Assembly: GCA_947442475.1 (NCBI GenBank)
Contig: CANEVP010000002.1
Coordinates: 14,380 to 78,379, forward strand
Length of the DNA: 64,000 bases
Reading direction: 5' to 3'
Source: Rickettsiales bacterium
GTDB lineage: Bacteria > Pseudomonadota > Alphaproteobacteria > Rickettsiales > UBA1997
In this document: piece after piece, positions 53,997 to 63,311 of the stretch
How the letters are laid out: each line of letters opens with the position of its first letter
Position numbering within the stretch: position 1 is the first letter of the stretch
Made by a program: the position numbers and the translations under genes
Notes under the pieces: generated by a model
Told to the model about the DNA's origin: nothing
Seen by the model: the letters and a program-made list of their open reading frames with translations, nothing else
The model's database searches: none

Positions 53997-54689
53997 ATGT
54001 TAGCTGTAGTTGCTTTTTTCTTTTTCTTATCAATTGCCTCAGCCCAAGTTACACGCTCAACCACTTTTGACGATCGCGGTGTTTGCGAAAATTCCAAAGG
54101 AGTTTGGCATCAATTTGGCAATGGTTGTGCTGATTTTTGCCACGACAAGTTTGACCGCTTTGCAATGTGCACGCAGGCTTTGGTTTTTAGTTGTGAATGT
54201 GGTAAAAATCGTTGTTGGGATGGTGAATCTTGTGTGGCGCTAAAAAGTTACAAAAAGATTTTTGATGTTGAGCAGGCTGAAGAGCAGAAAGTTTTAAATG
54301 CCGCTAAAGAGAAGCGCAAAGCCGATGCATTGGCCCATGAAGAAGAAATAATGAACAAGTTGGTTCCGCCGCCAGCGGTCGATCCAAATGCAGTAAATCC
54401 AACCCCAAGCCCAGCACCAACTGCTGAAAATCCGAAGAAATTTTTAACACCAAATCCATTGGAAAATCAGGCAGCAGCAGCGCTTTTGCAAGATCCCGAA
54501 CCGACAAGTCCAATCACGCAAATTCCAGCGCCAGTACCTTTGACGCAAGAACAAAATCAAGATCCGGTTAAAGTAGAAATCCCTGATTTCTTTTTGAAAA
54601 AACAAGCGCAAGCGGCAGGAAAAGCTCAAGATTCAAAAGCAAAAGATTCACTGCCAGCAGGCTTGCCTGACCTACCTTTGCCGAATTAA
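53997..54689 (+). CDS. secreted protein: 8-Cys N-terminal domain, charged helical segment, Pro-rich tail
   Basis: MLAVVAFFFFLSIASAQ signal peptide, then C-x11-C-x3-C-x10-C-x7-C-x-C-x5-C-x6-C, then EEQKVLNAAKEKRKADALAHEEE, then a P-rich region (PPPAVDPNAVNPTPSPAPT...). The track start at 53883 translates the palindromic element, so I trimmed to the ATG at 53997. Confidence 0.55.
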   Translation: MLAVVAFFFFLSIASAQVTRSTTFDDRGVCENSKGVWHQFGNGCADFCHDKFDRFAMCTQALVFSCECGKNRCWDGESCVALKSYKKIFDVEQAEEQKVLNAAKEKRKADALAHEEEIMNKLVPPPAVDPNAVNPTPSPAPTAENPKKFLTPNPLENQAAAALLQDPEPTSPITQIPAPVPLTQEQNQDPVKVEIPDFFLKKQAQAAGKAQDSKAKDSLPAGLPDLPLPN

Positions 54690-54703
54690 ATTTAAGAAAA
54701 ATA

Positions 54704-56971
54704 ATGCCAGATAAAATTTATCAAATCATTTTACGCCTACTGCTGAGGCTTTTTGGAATCGTTCTGATTGGCTTTTCTTTGGCGTTTTCTTTGGCGCTTT
54801 TCAGCTTTAATTCGGAAGATCCTTCGTTCAACACCGTTTCAACGCAGGATCACATTAATAACTGGATGGGAACATTTGGTTCGCATATTTCAGATTTGTC
54901 GCTGCAGCTAATCGGGCTTTCAGCGTTTTTTCTTTGCCTAATAATTTTTAGCATTGGCACCAAAATCAGCAGTCGCAATGGGGTGAGAAATTTGCTGCCG
55001 AAAATCACCCTTACTCCTTTTTGTATTCTTTGTTGGTCGGTGTTTTTTTCCACTTTGCCGCAACCAGCTTGGTGGGAATTTAACGGTCTTGGCGGCGTTA
55101 ACGGTCATTTTATTTTGGCAAAAATTACTTTCATGCCGCTTGTTGCCACTTCTGCTTTGGCGCTGATTTTTTCGATTATTCTGACTTCAATAATTATTGA
55201 AATTGCACTCGCTGATTGGATTTATTTTTTCCGTTACAGCTTCGTCACCGCGCGTTTTTTAATTGAGCGTTTTCTAAATTCTTTCAAAGACGAAACAGTA
55301 GAATTCAAGCCGCGCGAAGGTGCGCCAACTATTGAAATTTCTCAAGGCGAAGAAGAGCTTGAGGCGCCAGAAGAGGAAGAAACTCGCGAAGTTTTAAAAG
55401 CCAAATTGATCAAAAGCAGCAAAACCAAAAAGCCGGTGCGTGCAGCAAAATCAAACTACCAACTGCCGCTTGCCGATTTGCTCACCGATCGCTCGGCCGA
55501 AAATAAAGACAAAAAAACCAGCAAAGATTTGGTTGATGCTCAGTCAAAAATGTTGCTGAAAGTTTTAGAAGATTTTGGCGTTTACGGAACCTCACTTGGC
55601 GCTAAAGTTGGACCAGTTGTGACTTTGCATGAATTTGAACCGGCGGCTGGCACCAAAGCCTCACGCGTTATTGGTCTTTCTGATGATATTTCGCGCTCGA
55701 TGAGTGCGGTGTCAGCGCGGATTGCGGTGGTGTCAGGCAAAACTTCAATTGGTATCGAATTGCCAAATCCAAAACGCGAAATGATTTTTTTCCGCGAATT
55801 GATTGAAAGCAAAGATTACAAATTTTCACAACATTTTCTGCCGATTATTTTAGGCAAAGATATTGGTGGCGAAACAATGATTGCTGATCTTGCTAAAATG
55901 CCGCATTTATTGATTGCAGGAACGACAGGTTCGGGAAAATCGGTTGGCCTTAACGTGATGATTCTTTCCATTTTATTTAAGCTGCGCCCCGATGAATGTA
56001 AGTTCATCATGATCGATCCGAAAATGTTGGAGCTATCAATTTACGACGGAATTCCGCATTTGTTAGCACCTGTTGTAACTGAGCCGGGCAAGGCGGTGAT
56101 TGCTTTGAAATGGGTGGTTGCTGAAATGGAAGAGCGCTATCGTTTAATGTCGAGCTTCGCGGTGCGCAACATTGCCGGCTACAATGAAAAAGCTGAGAAG
56201 GCGATTTTGACTGGCGAAAAATTATCGCGCAAAGTGCAGACCGGATATGATCCTTCAAGCGGCAAACCAATTATTGAAGAGATCGAATTTGAGCCGAAAA
56301 AATTACCTTTTATTGTGGTGATTGTTGATGAAATGGCTGATTTGATGTTGGTGGCTGGCAAAGAAATTGAAAACTCAGTGCAGCGCCTAGCGCAAATGGC
56401 ACGCGCCGCAGGCATTCACATTATCATGGCAACGCAAAGGCCATCAGTTGACGTTATTACGGGTGTGATTAAGGCGAACTTTCCAACTAGAATTTCTTTT
56501 CAAGTTACTTCAAGAATTGACAGCCGAACTATTTTGGGCACGCAAGGCGCAGAGCAACTTCTTGGTCAAGGTGACATGATCTACATGTCAGGCGGCAGCA
56601 AAATGACGCGGGTTCATGGGCCTTTTTGTTCAGATACTGAAATCGAAAATATTGTGAATTTTATTAAGAGTCAGGATTTGAGTGAATTAGCTGATCCATC
56701 TGAACAAATTTCTTTTGAAGCGTCTTTGCCTAGAGATTCTGGCGCTGGCGGTGATGATAATTCTGAAGGCGGGGGAAGTTGCAGTGACGCTGACCTTTAC
56801 AACAAAGCCGTGATGATCGTGCGTCGTGATCGCAAAGCTTCAATTAGTTACGTTCAGCGTCAGCTGAGAATCGGTTACAACCGCGCTGCAATTTTAATTG
56901 AAAAAATGGAAGAGCAGGGAGTGGTAACGCCGCCAAATATCTCGGGAAAAAGAGAGGTGGTGGAGGAGTAA
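54704..56971 (+). CDS. ftsK: DNA translocase FtsK
   Basis: N-terminal TM helices, motor domain HLLIAGTTGSGKSVGLN, VVIVDEMADLM, ATQRPSVDVITG, and a C-terminal gamma winged helix (ISYVQRQLRIGYNRAAILIEKMEEQGVV). Confidence 0.95.
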   Translation: MPDKIYQIILRLLLRLFGIVLIGFSLAFSLALFSFNSEDPSFNTVSTQDHINNWMGTFGSHISDLSLQLIGLSAFFLCLIIFSIGTKISSRNGVRNLLPKITLTPFCILCWSVFFSTLPQPAWWEFNGLGGVNGHFILAKITFMPLVATSALALIFSIILTSIIIEIALADWIYFFRYSFVTARFLIERFLNSFKDETVEFKPREGAPTIEISQGEEELEAPEEEETREVLKAKLIKSSKTKKPVRAAKSNYQLPLADLLTDRSAENKDKKTSKDLVDAQSKMLLKVLEDFGVYGTSLGAKVGPVVTLHEFEPAAGTKASRVIGLSDDISRSMSAVSARIAVVSGKTSIGIELPNPKREMIFFRELIESKDYKFSQHFLPIILGKDIGGETMIADLAKMPHLLIAGTTGSGKSVGLNVMILSILFKLRPDECKFIMIDPKMLELSIYDGIPHLLAPVVTEPGKAVIALKWVVAEMEERYRLMSSFAVRNIAGYNEKAEKAILTGEKLSRKVQTGYDPSSGKPIIEEIEFEPKKLPFIVVIVDEMADLMLVAGKEIENSVQRLAQMARAAGIHIIMATQRPSVDVITGVIKANFPTRISFQVTSRIDSRTILGTQGAEQLLGQGDMIYMSGGSKMTRVHGPFCSDTEIENIVNFIKSQDLSELADPSEQISFEASLPRDSGAGGDDNSEGGGSCSDADLYNKAVMIVRRDRKASISYVQRQLRIGYNRAAILIEKMEEQGVVTPPNISGKREVVEE

Positions 56972-57020
56972 AAAAAGCTACAGGTCCCTGAGCAAATCGT
57001 TTAATTTAATTTTTAAAAAC

Positions 57021-57710
57021 ATGGAAAAAGTCGCATCAGTTTCAATCGTAAGTCTCGTCACTCAAGCCGACATAATTGTGCAGCTAGTAATGTTGCTTTT
57101 GGTCATTGCCTCAATGTGGTCTTGGGCAATTATTTTTGATAAAATTATTAAGTTTAGAATTCTCAAAAATCGCAGCGACAAATTTGAAGAAGTTTTTGAA
57201 GGAGCTGTCTCGCTTGAAGATATTTACGCTGAAGCCAAGAAGAATGACAATCACCCGCTGGCGCGCATTTTTATCGCCTGCATGAAAGAGTGGAAATCAA
57301 GCAATGTGAAGCAGGTAATTAGCGATTCGACTGAAAAAAAATCTTCGCTAAAAGAGCGTTTAATGGGTGAAATGGAAGTGGCTTCTAACCGCTCAATGCA
57401 ACGCTTGGAGTCTGGTTTGGGATTCTTGGCAATTGTTGGATCAGCTGCACCTTTCGTTGGATTATTTGGAACGGTTTGGGGAATTATGAGCAGTTTTCAA
57501 GGAATTGCGATTTCTAAAAATACTAGTTTAGCGGTTGTAGCACCCGGTATTGCAGAAGCTTTGCTCGCAACAGCTGCGGGATTATTTGCGGCGATTCCAG
57601 CGGTGTTTTTCTACAATATTTTTAGCGCGAGGATTAATCAATTCACCGAGCGCGCCCATAATTTTTCGGTGCAGCTTTTGAATGTTTTGTCTAAAGAGTT
57701 AGATCGATAG
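57021..57710 (+). CDS. tolQ: Tol-Pal system protein TolQ (MotA/TolQ/ExbB proton channel family)
   Basis: Three TMs and the family signature LAIVGSAAPFVGLFGTVWGIM...APGIAEALLATAAGLFAAIPAV. Confidence 0.8.
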   Translation: MEKVASVSIVSLVTQADIIVQLVMLLLVIASMWSWAIIFDKIIKFRILKNRSDKFEEVFEGAVSLEDIYAEAKKNDNHPLARIFIACMKEWKSSNVKQVISDSTEKKSSLKERLMGEMEVASNRSMQRLESGLGFLAIVGSAAPFVGLFGTVWGIMSSFQGIAISKNTSLAVVAPGIAEALLATAAGLFAAIPAVFFYNIFSARINQFTERAHNFSVQLLNVLSKELDR

Positions 57711-58446
57711 ACTCGTCAGATTCGAGATCTTCGGGCTTGATTAGTAGGTTTGTTTTGCTGTTGGCGCAGTTCCATGAAGATGGAATGTAGAAGGCGCTAT
57801 CAGGAATAATTCTTTTAAGAATGTCGGGGCCAGAGTAAGAAACTGATAGAAACTCGCCGCCGTAATTTTCAAAAAACTCTACAGTTATAGTATGAAATCC
57901 TTTTGCTAGAGCGATTTTCGCGCCAGATTCTGTGATTGGATGTATTCCGTCATTACTCACTAATAATTCGCCATCGATATAAATTTTGCTGCCATCATCC
58001 GACTGGGTATAAAAATTATATAAACCACTTTTCTTAACTTCGATATAGCCGTAAAACTGCAGCGCTATTTGTTCGAGGCGGTTTGCTACAGAAATATTTG
58101 GTTGCTCAATTTTTCCAGATTTTACAGCGCTTAAAGTTTGGAAGTTAGGCAATGTGTTCCATTCTCCTTCGTAATAAAGATAGCAAAGACCGTTCTTTTT
58201 AAAGGCCAAATCTGTAGATGGATTTATAGCGATTCTTTCGATGCGATATAAAAAATTTTTGTCTTCCAAGGATTTGTTAGAAATGTTTAGGGTGATGGTT
58301 TTTTTTGATCCATAAACCAAAGCTTCTGTTACTTTCTTATTAACATTTATAGAAGTTGTAGTGAGAGGATTGCTAGAGACGCAAGATGCCAAGGCTAACG
58401 AAAATGTTGCTAAGGCAAGTGATTTTGTGAGATTTTTTTGAATCAT
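57691..58446 (-). CDS. PA14-domain lipoprotein
   Basis: Lipobox LALASC. PA14-like block FYGYIEVKKSGLYNFYTQSDDGSKIYIDGELLVSNDG...GFHTITVEFFENYGGEFLSVSYSGP. Confidence 0.7.
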   Translation of the reverse strand: MIQKNLTKSLALATFSLALASCVSSNPLTTTSINVNKKVTEALVYGSKKTITLNISNKSLEDKNFLYRIERIAINPSTDLAFKKNGLCYLYYEGEWNTLPNFQTLSAVKSGKIEQPNISVANRLEQIALQFYGYIEVKKSGLYNFYTQSDDGSKIYIDGELLVSNDGIHPITESGAKIALAKGFHTITVEFFENYGGEFLSVSYSGPDILKRIIPDSAFYIPSSWNCANSKTNLLIKPEDLESDESIDLTL

Positions 58447-58465
58447 TATTGTCCTTTAATTAAGG

Positions 58466-58876
58466 TTATTTTTGATTATTTTTAGTTTTTCGAAGAAAAA
58501 TTATTGCTAGCCCAGTTGCAAAGGAAATTGGCAAAATCCACAGCAAAAACCCATTATTCTTCTGACTAATCTCAGTCAAAATATCTTCGCCAAATTCTTT
58601 CACCAATTCGGTTTTAATCTCTTCATCACTTTTTCCTTCAAGAATTTTTCGGCGAATTAATTTTCTCATCTCCAGCGAAAATTCCGTATTTGAGCTTTCA
58701 ATTACTTGACCTTCACAAACAAGACAACGCACTTCTAAAAACAGCTTCATGGCGCGCTGTTCTTTGGCGTCATCTGGAATTCTGGGTTCGGGAGAAAGGG
58801 CGTTAGCCGAGGAATAAATTAAGAGCAGGGCGCTTAAAAAAAACCTAGCCAAAAAATTTTGCATCAATGGCACCAT
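58466..58876 (-). CDS. ccmH: cytochrome c-type biogenesis protein CcmH/CycL
   Basis: VRCLVCEGQVIESSN (LRCxxC-type motif) plus a C-terminal TM. The start is uncertain: ATG at 58876 or 58864, while the track uses a TTG at 58891. All options overlap the dapF 3' end. Confidence 0.8.
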   Translation of the reverse strand: MVPLMQNFLARFFLSALLLIYSSANALSPEPRIPDDAKEQRAMKLFLEVRCLVCEGQVIESSNTEFSLEMRKLIRRKILEGKSDEEIKTELVKEFGEDILTEISQKNNGFLLWILPISFATGLAIIFLRKTKNNQK

Positions 58877-59687
58877 CAAAAATTTTCTCAAAAGAGCCAG
58901 TCATGATTACGGCAGTGCCATCACCATTCCATTCGATTAGCAAGTCGCCACCTTTGAAACGAATAGTGATTTTTTTAGATTTTACTAGAGCCTGACGAAT
59001 TGCCAAAATCGCTACAGCGCAAGCGCCAGAGCCACATGCCAGAGTTTCGCCAGAGCCGCGTTCCCAAACCCGAACTTCAATTAAATTGTCAGAAATAATT
59101 TGGGCAAATTCGACATTGGTTTTTTCTAGGAAGATCGAGTCAGTCTCAATTTTGGGGCCGATGTCGAAAAATATTTCGTCAGAAAGTGGCTTAGAAATAA
59201 AGGTCACAGCGTGAGGATTGCCAACATTGACGCAGGCAAATTCAAAATTGAGAAGTGAGATTTTTTGCGAATCAGTTTCGTGGGAAAGTGGAATTTTCGC
59301 CCAATCAAAATTTGGTGCGCCCATGTTAACCGAAATGAAATCATCATCTTGGGTACATCTTAAAATTCCGGCAGCGGTTTGAATTTTGATTTCGAGGGTT
59401 TGTTTTTCAGAAAATAAAATTGAGGCAACGCATCTAGTGGCGTTGCCACAAGCGCCAGACAAAGACCCGTCGGAATTGTAAATTTCCATGACGCAGTCAA
59501 CACCCACAGCTTCTCGCATCACAATCAATTGATCGCAGCCGATATTTTTACGGTCAGAGATTTTTTTGATTTGGTTAGAAGTAAGATGAATGTGGGCTTG
59601 GCGGCCGTCAAAAATGACGAAGTCATTGCCGACTCCGCTCATTTTAACAAATGGATAATTAAGAAGAAGATTTTGCTCTGCTGACAT
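58845..59687 (-). CDS. dapF: diaminopimelate epimerase
   Basis: FVKMSGVGNDFVIFD, NSDGSLSGACGNATRC, ERGSGETLACGSGACA (both catalytic Cys present). Start moved to the ATG at 59687 (MSAEQN...), which still overlaps the efp end by 29 nt. Confidence 0.9.
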   Translation of the reverse strand: MSAEQNLLLNYPFVKMSGVGNDFVIFDGRQAHIHLTSNQIKKISDRKNIGCDQLIVMREAVGVDCVMEIYNSDGSLSGACGNATRCVASILFSEKQTLEIKIQTAAGILRCTQDDDFISVNMGAPNFDWAKIPLSHETDSQKISLLNFEFACVNVGNPHAVTFISKPLSDEIFFDIGPKIETDSIFLEKTNVEFAQIISDNLIEVRVWERGSGETLACGSGACAVAILAIRQALVKSKKITIRFKGGDLLIEWNGDGTAVIMTGSFEKIFDGAIDAKFFG

Positions 59688-60231
59688 AAGTGAAATCTTC
59701 AGTTCTGATAATAATTTCTTCGCCAGATTCGATGAAAGGCGGAACCATGATGCGCACACCATTTTCAAGAATAGCCGGCTTGTGCGACGAAGCAGCAGTT
59801 TGACCTTTTACCACGGCGTCTGCTTGGGCAATAATACCAGTAACGGTTTCAGGAATAGAAATTGAGATTGGCTTGTCGTTGCAATATTCAACCTGAATAT
59901 TCATGCCTTCTTGCAAAAATGGCAAAGGTGCGCCAACTAATTCTTTGGCGAATTGCAAAGTTTCAAAATTTTCCATGTCCATTGCGACTAATTCATTTTG
60001 GTCGAAATATTGGAACTGATAATTTTTTTGCTCGACGTAGGCCACATCAACATCTTCGCTAGAATTGTAGCGGGTGTTGGTTTTGTTGCCCGTAACGATA
60101 TTTTTCATTTCAACTTGAATGTAAGCGCCGCCTTTACCGGGTTTTACGTGCTCGCGTTTGATTACTTTCCAAAGTTGGTTTTGGTATTCGATGACGTTTC
60201 CGACTTTTACTGAATTTGCGTTGGTTTTCAT
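59659..60231 (-). CDS. efp: elongation factor P
   Basis: 190 aa. VKVGNVIEYQNQLWKVIKREHVKPGKGGAYIQVEMKN carries the EF-P KPGKG loop. Confidence 0.95.
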   Translation of the reverse strand: MKTNANSVKVGNVIEYQNQLWKVIKREHVKPGKGGAYIQVEMKNIVTGNKTNTRYNSSEDVDVAYVEQKNYQFQYFDQNELVAMDMENFETLQFAKELVGAPLPFLQEGMNIQVEYCNDKPISISIPETVTGIIAQADAVVKGQTAASSHKPAILENGVRIMVPPFIESGEEIIIRTEDFTYVSRAKSSS

Positions 60232-60249
60232 TTAACTAGCTCCGCTTTT

Positions 60250-61641
60250 TTAATTTAAATTTTTAACAATTTCTTCGACTACCTTCTTCGCATCACCAAA
60301 AATCATCATGGTGTTGTCGTTGAAGAATAGCTCATTTTCAACTCCGGCATAACCTGACGCCATTGAGCGTTTAACGAAGAAAACTGTTTTGGCAAATTCT
60401 ACATCCAAAATTGGCATGCCATAAATTGGGCTGGTTTTGTCGGTTTTAGCAGCTGGATTGGTCACATCATTGGCGCCAATTACAAAAGCTACATCGGTTG
60501 ATTTGAACTCGCCGTTGATTTCTTCCAGCTCAAAAACTTTTTCGTAATCAATATTGGCCTCGGCAAGCAAGACATTCATGTGGCCAGGCATTCTTCCGGC
60601 AACTGGATGAATGGCGAATTTTACGGTGACGCCCGCCGCTTCAAGCAATTTAGTCATTTCTGCAACAGCGTGCTGAGCGCCTGCAACGGCCATTCCGTAT
60701 CCTGGAACGATTACAACTGAAGAAGAGTTTTTCATCAAATAAGCAGCGTCTTCGGGGCTTCCCAGCTTTACTGGTTTTTGTTCTTTTTGCTCACCAGAAA
60801 CTGCAACGGCTTGTTCGCTAAAGCCGCTGAAAATCACATTGAAAATCGAACGATTCATTGCTTTGCACATGATGTAGCTAAGGATCGCGCCACTTGAGCC
60901 AATCAAAGCACCTGCAATAATCAAAAGCGGATTGTTAAGGGTAAATCCAATGCCGCTTGCCGCCCAACCTGAGTAAGAATTTAGCATCGAAACCACCACC
61001 GGCATGTCGGCGCCGCCAACTGGCGCGATTAGCATGAAGCCGATGAAGAATGAAAGTAGGGTGAGAAGAATGAATAAAAATTTCGAACCGCCAAAAACGA
61101 TAAAAGCCAGAAGAATAACTGCGCCAGCAATTGCGACAAATTTTGAAGAGCGTTTTGGATTTTTGAAAAGCACGAATTGTGATTTCATGTTTCCGTTGAG
61201 CTTAAGAAAAGCAACGATAGAGCCAGTGAAAGTAATGGCGCCGATTACCACGCCAATTCCTATTTCAATTAGGCTGGCAAATTTGATGTGACCGTCCGTA
61301 CTAATTTTAAAAGCTTCTGGCATCCATAAAGCGCCAGCTGAAATTAATACTGCGGCAAGACCAACTAAAGAGTGAAAACCGGCAACTAGTTGCGGCATTG
61401 AAGTCATTTTCACTTTTTTGGCAACTGCGTAACCAATGGCGCCGCCAATTGCGATGGCAAGTAAGATTGGAAAAATATTTTTAACCTGAGGCAAAAATAA
61501 AGTTGTGACAATCGCTAGCGCCATGCCAGCAATGCCAAAATAATTGCCCACACGTGAAGTTTTTGGTGAGGAGAGGCCATAAAGCGAAAGAATAAATAGA
61601 GTGGCTGAAACCAAGTAGGAGAAGGCGACGAATGATGACAT
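60250..61641 (-). CDS. pntB: NAD(P) transhydrogenase subunit beta
   Basis: Polytopic N-terminal half plus the dIII domain [43 protein letters not shown]. Confidence 0.9.
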   Translation of the reverse strand: MSSFVAFSYLVSATLFILSLYGLSSPKTSRVGNYFGIAGMALAIVTTLFLPQVKNIFPILLAIAIGGAIGYAVAKKVKMTSMPQLVAGFHSLVGLAAVLISAGALWMPEAFKISTDGHIKFASLIEIGIGVVIGAITFTGSIVAFLKLNGNMKSQFVLFKNPKRSSKFVAIAGAVILLAFIVFGGSKFLFILLTLLSFFIGFMLIAPVGGADMPVVVSMLNSYSGWAASGIGFTLNNPLLIIAGALIGSSGAILSYIMCKAMNRSIFNVIFSGFSEQAVAVSGEQKEQKPVKLGSPEDAAYLMKNSSSVVIVPGYGMAVAGAQHAVAEMTKLLEAAGVTVKFAIHPVAGRMPGHMNVLLAEANIDYEKVFELEEINGEFKSTDVAFVIGANDVTNPAAKTDKTSPIYGMPILDVEFAKTVFFVKRSMASGYAGVENELFFNDNTMMIFGDAKKVVEEIVKNLN

Positions 61642-61679
61642 GTTGAATGAAAGTTATTTTTAGTTGGTAAAAGTTTTTT

Positions 61680-62642
61680 CTAAACCACTCCGCTTCGCAA
61701 GCAATCGTGAAGATGTAAAATCCCTACAACTTTTTTTTGCTCGTCTAAAACAAGTAAGCTGGTAATTAATTTTTTATTCATGATCGCAATTGCTTCAACT
61801 GCCAAGGTGTCGCATTGAGTAGTTAGTGGATTTTTAGTCATTACATCCAAAGCACTTTGCGCTAAAAAATCATTGGTGATGTGGCGGCGCAAATCGCCGT
61901 CGGTGATGATGCCAATCAAACTGTCTGAGTCGTTAATAACCCCAGCGCAGCCCAAATGTTTTGAAGTCATTTCAAATAAAACTTCTGACATTTTTTGATG
62001 TTCTCTCACCAGCGGCACGTCTTTTTCGCGGCGCATTAATTCTTTCACTTTCAAAAAGTTTGAACCGAGTTTTCCACCTGGGTGAAAAGTGCCGAATTTT
62101 TCAGAATTAAAGCCGTGAGCGTCAATTAAACTAACTGCCAGAGCATCGCCAATTGCCAACATCATCGTGGTTGAAGTGGTTGGAGCGTTAACGGAATTGG
62201 CTTCAGGAACCGCAGGCAAAACTAAAGCAACAGTGCTAGTTTTGGTAAGCTCAGATTCAGCGCGGCGCACAATACCGATGGTGGGAATTTCAAATCGTTT
62301 GCAATAATAAATAATGTCTTTGAGTTCTTTGGTTTCGCCGGAATTAGAAAGCAAAATAACCACGTCATCTTGCGTGATCATGCCAAGGTCGCCGTGGCTT
62401 GCTTCAGAGGGATGAATGAAAAAAGAAGGTGTGCCAGTTGAGGCGAAAGTGGCGGCTATTTTATTAGCGATATGTCCCGATTTTCCCATGCCGCTAACAA
62501 TGATCTTGCCTTTGCAGTTTAAGATTAAATCAACGGCGGCGATGTATTTTTCGTCAAAAAAATCGAGCAAAGATTTCAGCCCTTCAATTTCAATTTCGAT
62601 AGTTTTAACGGCAGAGTTAATGTAGGATTTTTTGTCTTGCAT
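61680..62642 (-). CDS. kdsD: arabinose-5-phosphate isomerase (KdsD/KpsF family)
   Basis: SIS domain GKIIVSGMGKSGHIANKIAATFASTGTPSFFIHPSEASHGDLG plus a C-terminal CBS pair. The ATG at 62642 is preferred, and the ATG at 62681 is also possible. Confidence 0.85.
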   Translation of the reverse strand: MQDKKSYINSAVKTIEIEIEGLKSLLDFFDEKYIAAVDLILNCKGKIIVSGMGKSGHIANKIAATFASTGTPSFFIHPSEASHGDLGMITQDDVVILLSNSGETKELKDIIYYCKRFEIPTIGIVRRAESELTKTSTVALVLPAVPEANSVNAPTTSTTMMLAIGDALAVSLIDAHGFNSEKFGTFHPGGKLGSNFLKVKELMRREKDVPLVREHQKMSEVLFEMTSKHLGCAGVINDSDSLIGIITDGDLRRHITNDFLAQSALDVMTKNPLTTQCDTLAVEAIAIMNKKLITSLLVLDEQKKVVGILHLHDCLRSGVV

Positions 62643-62708
62643 ATTTTTGTTTAGGCTTGATTTTGCTGACTTGACAGGCATCTAAAAAACTTTTTTTCAA
62701 TTTTAATC

Positions 62709-63311
62709 ATGAACCTAAAAGAGCAAGAAATTTTACAAGAATTTGCTGAAGCAAAAGCAATTCTTAAAGGACATTTCATTTTATCGTCAGGACTTCACTC
62801 AGATACTTACATGCAATGTGCACGAGTTTTGATGGAGCCAAAAAGAGCAGAAAAACTTTGCAGTGAGCTTGCCAAGAAAATCGAAAATAAATTAGGCAAA
62901 AATTTTGCTGATATCGTTGTGGCCCCCGCAATGGGAGGAGTTGTAGTTGGTTATGAAATGGCGCGCCAACTAGGTTTGCCGACAATTTTTTGCGAAAGAG
63001 TTAATGGGCAATTTGAATTGCGTCGCGGTTTTGAACTGGAAAAAGGTGCTCGAGTTTTGGTGATCGAAGATGTGATTACGACCGGAAAATCATCTCTTGA
63101 AACTTTTGATTTGGTTAAAAAATTAGGCGCAGAAGTTGTGGCAGAGGCCTCATTGGTTAATCGCTCGGGAGACGCTGATTTGGTGAAAAAAATGGGCGTT
63201 CCAGTGGTTTCGCTTTTGACAATCGATGTAAAAACTTTTGACGAAAATAATGTGCCAGATGAGTTAAAAAATATTCCTGCCATCAAGCCGGGAAGCAGAT
63301 TTATTAAATAA
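62709..63311 (+). CDS. pyrE: orotate phosphoribosyltransferase
   Basis: GHFILSSGLHSDTYMQC and the PRPP loop VLVIEDVITTGKSS. Confidence 0.85.
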   Translation: MNLKEQEILQEFAEAKAILKGHFILSSGLHSDTYMQCARVLMEPKRAEKLCSELAKKIENKLGKNFADIVVAPAMGGVVVGYEMARQLGLPTIFCERVNGQFELRRGFELEKGARVLVIEDVITTGKSSLETFDLVKKLGAEVVAEASLVNRSGDADLVKKMGVPVVSLLTIDVKTFDENNVPDELKNIPAIKPGSRFIK

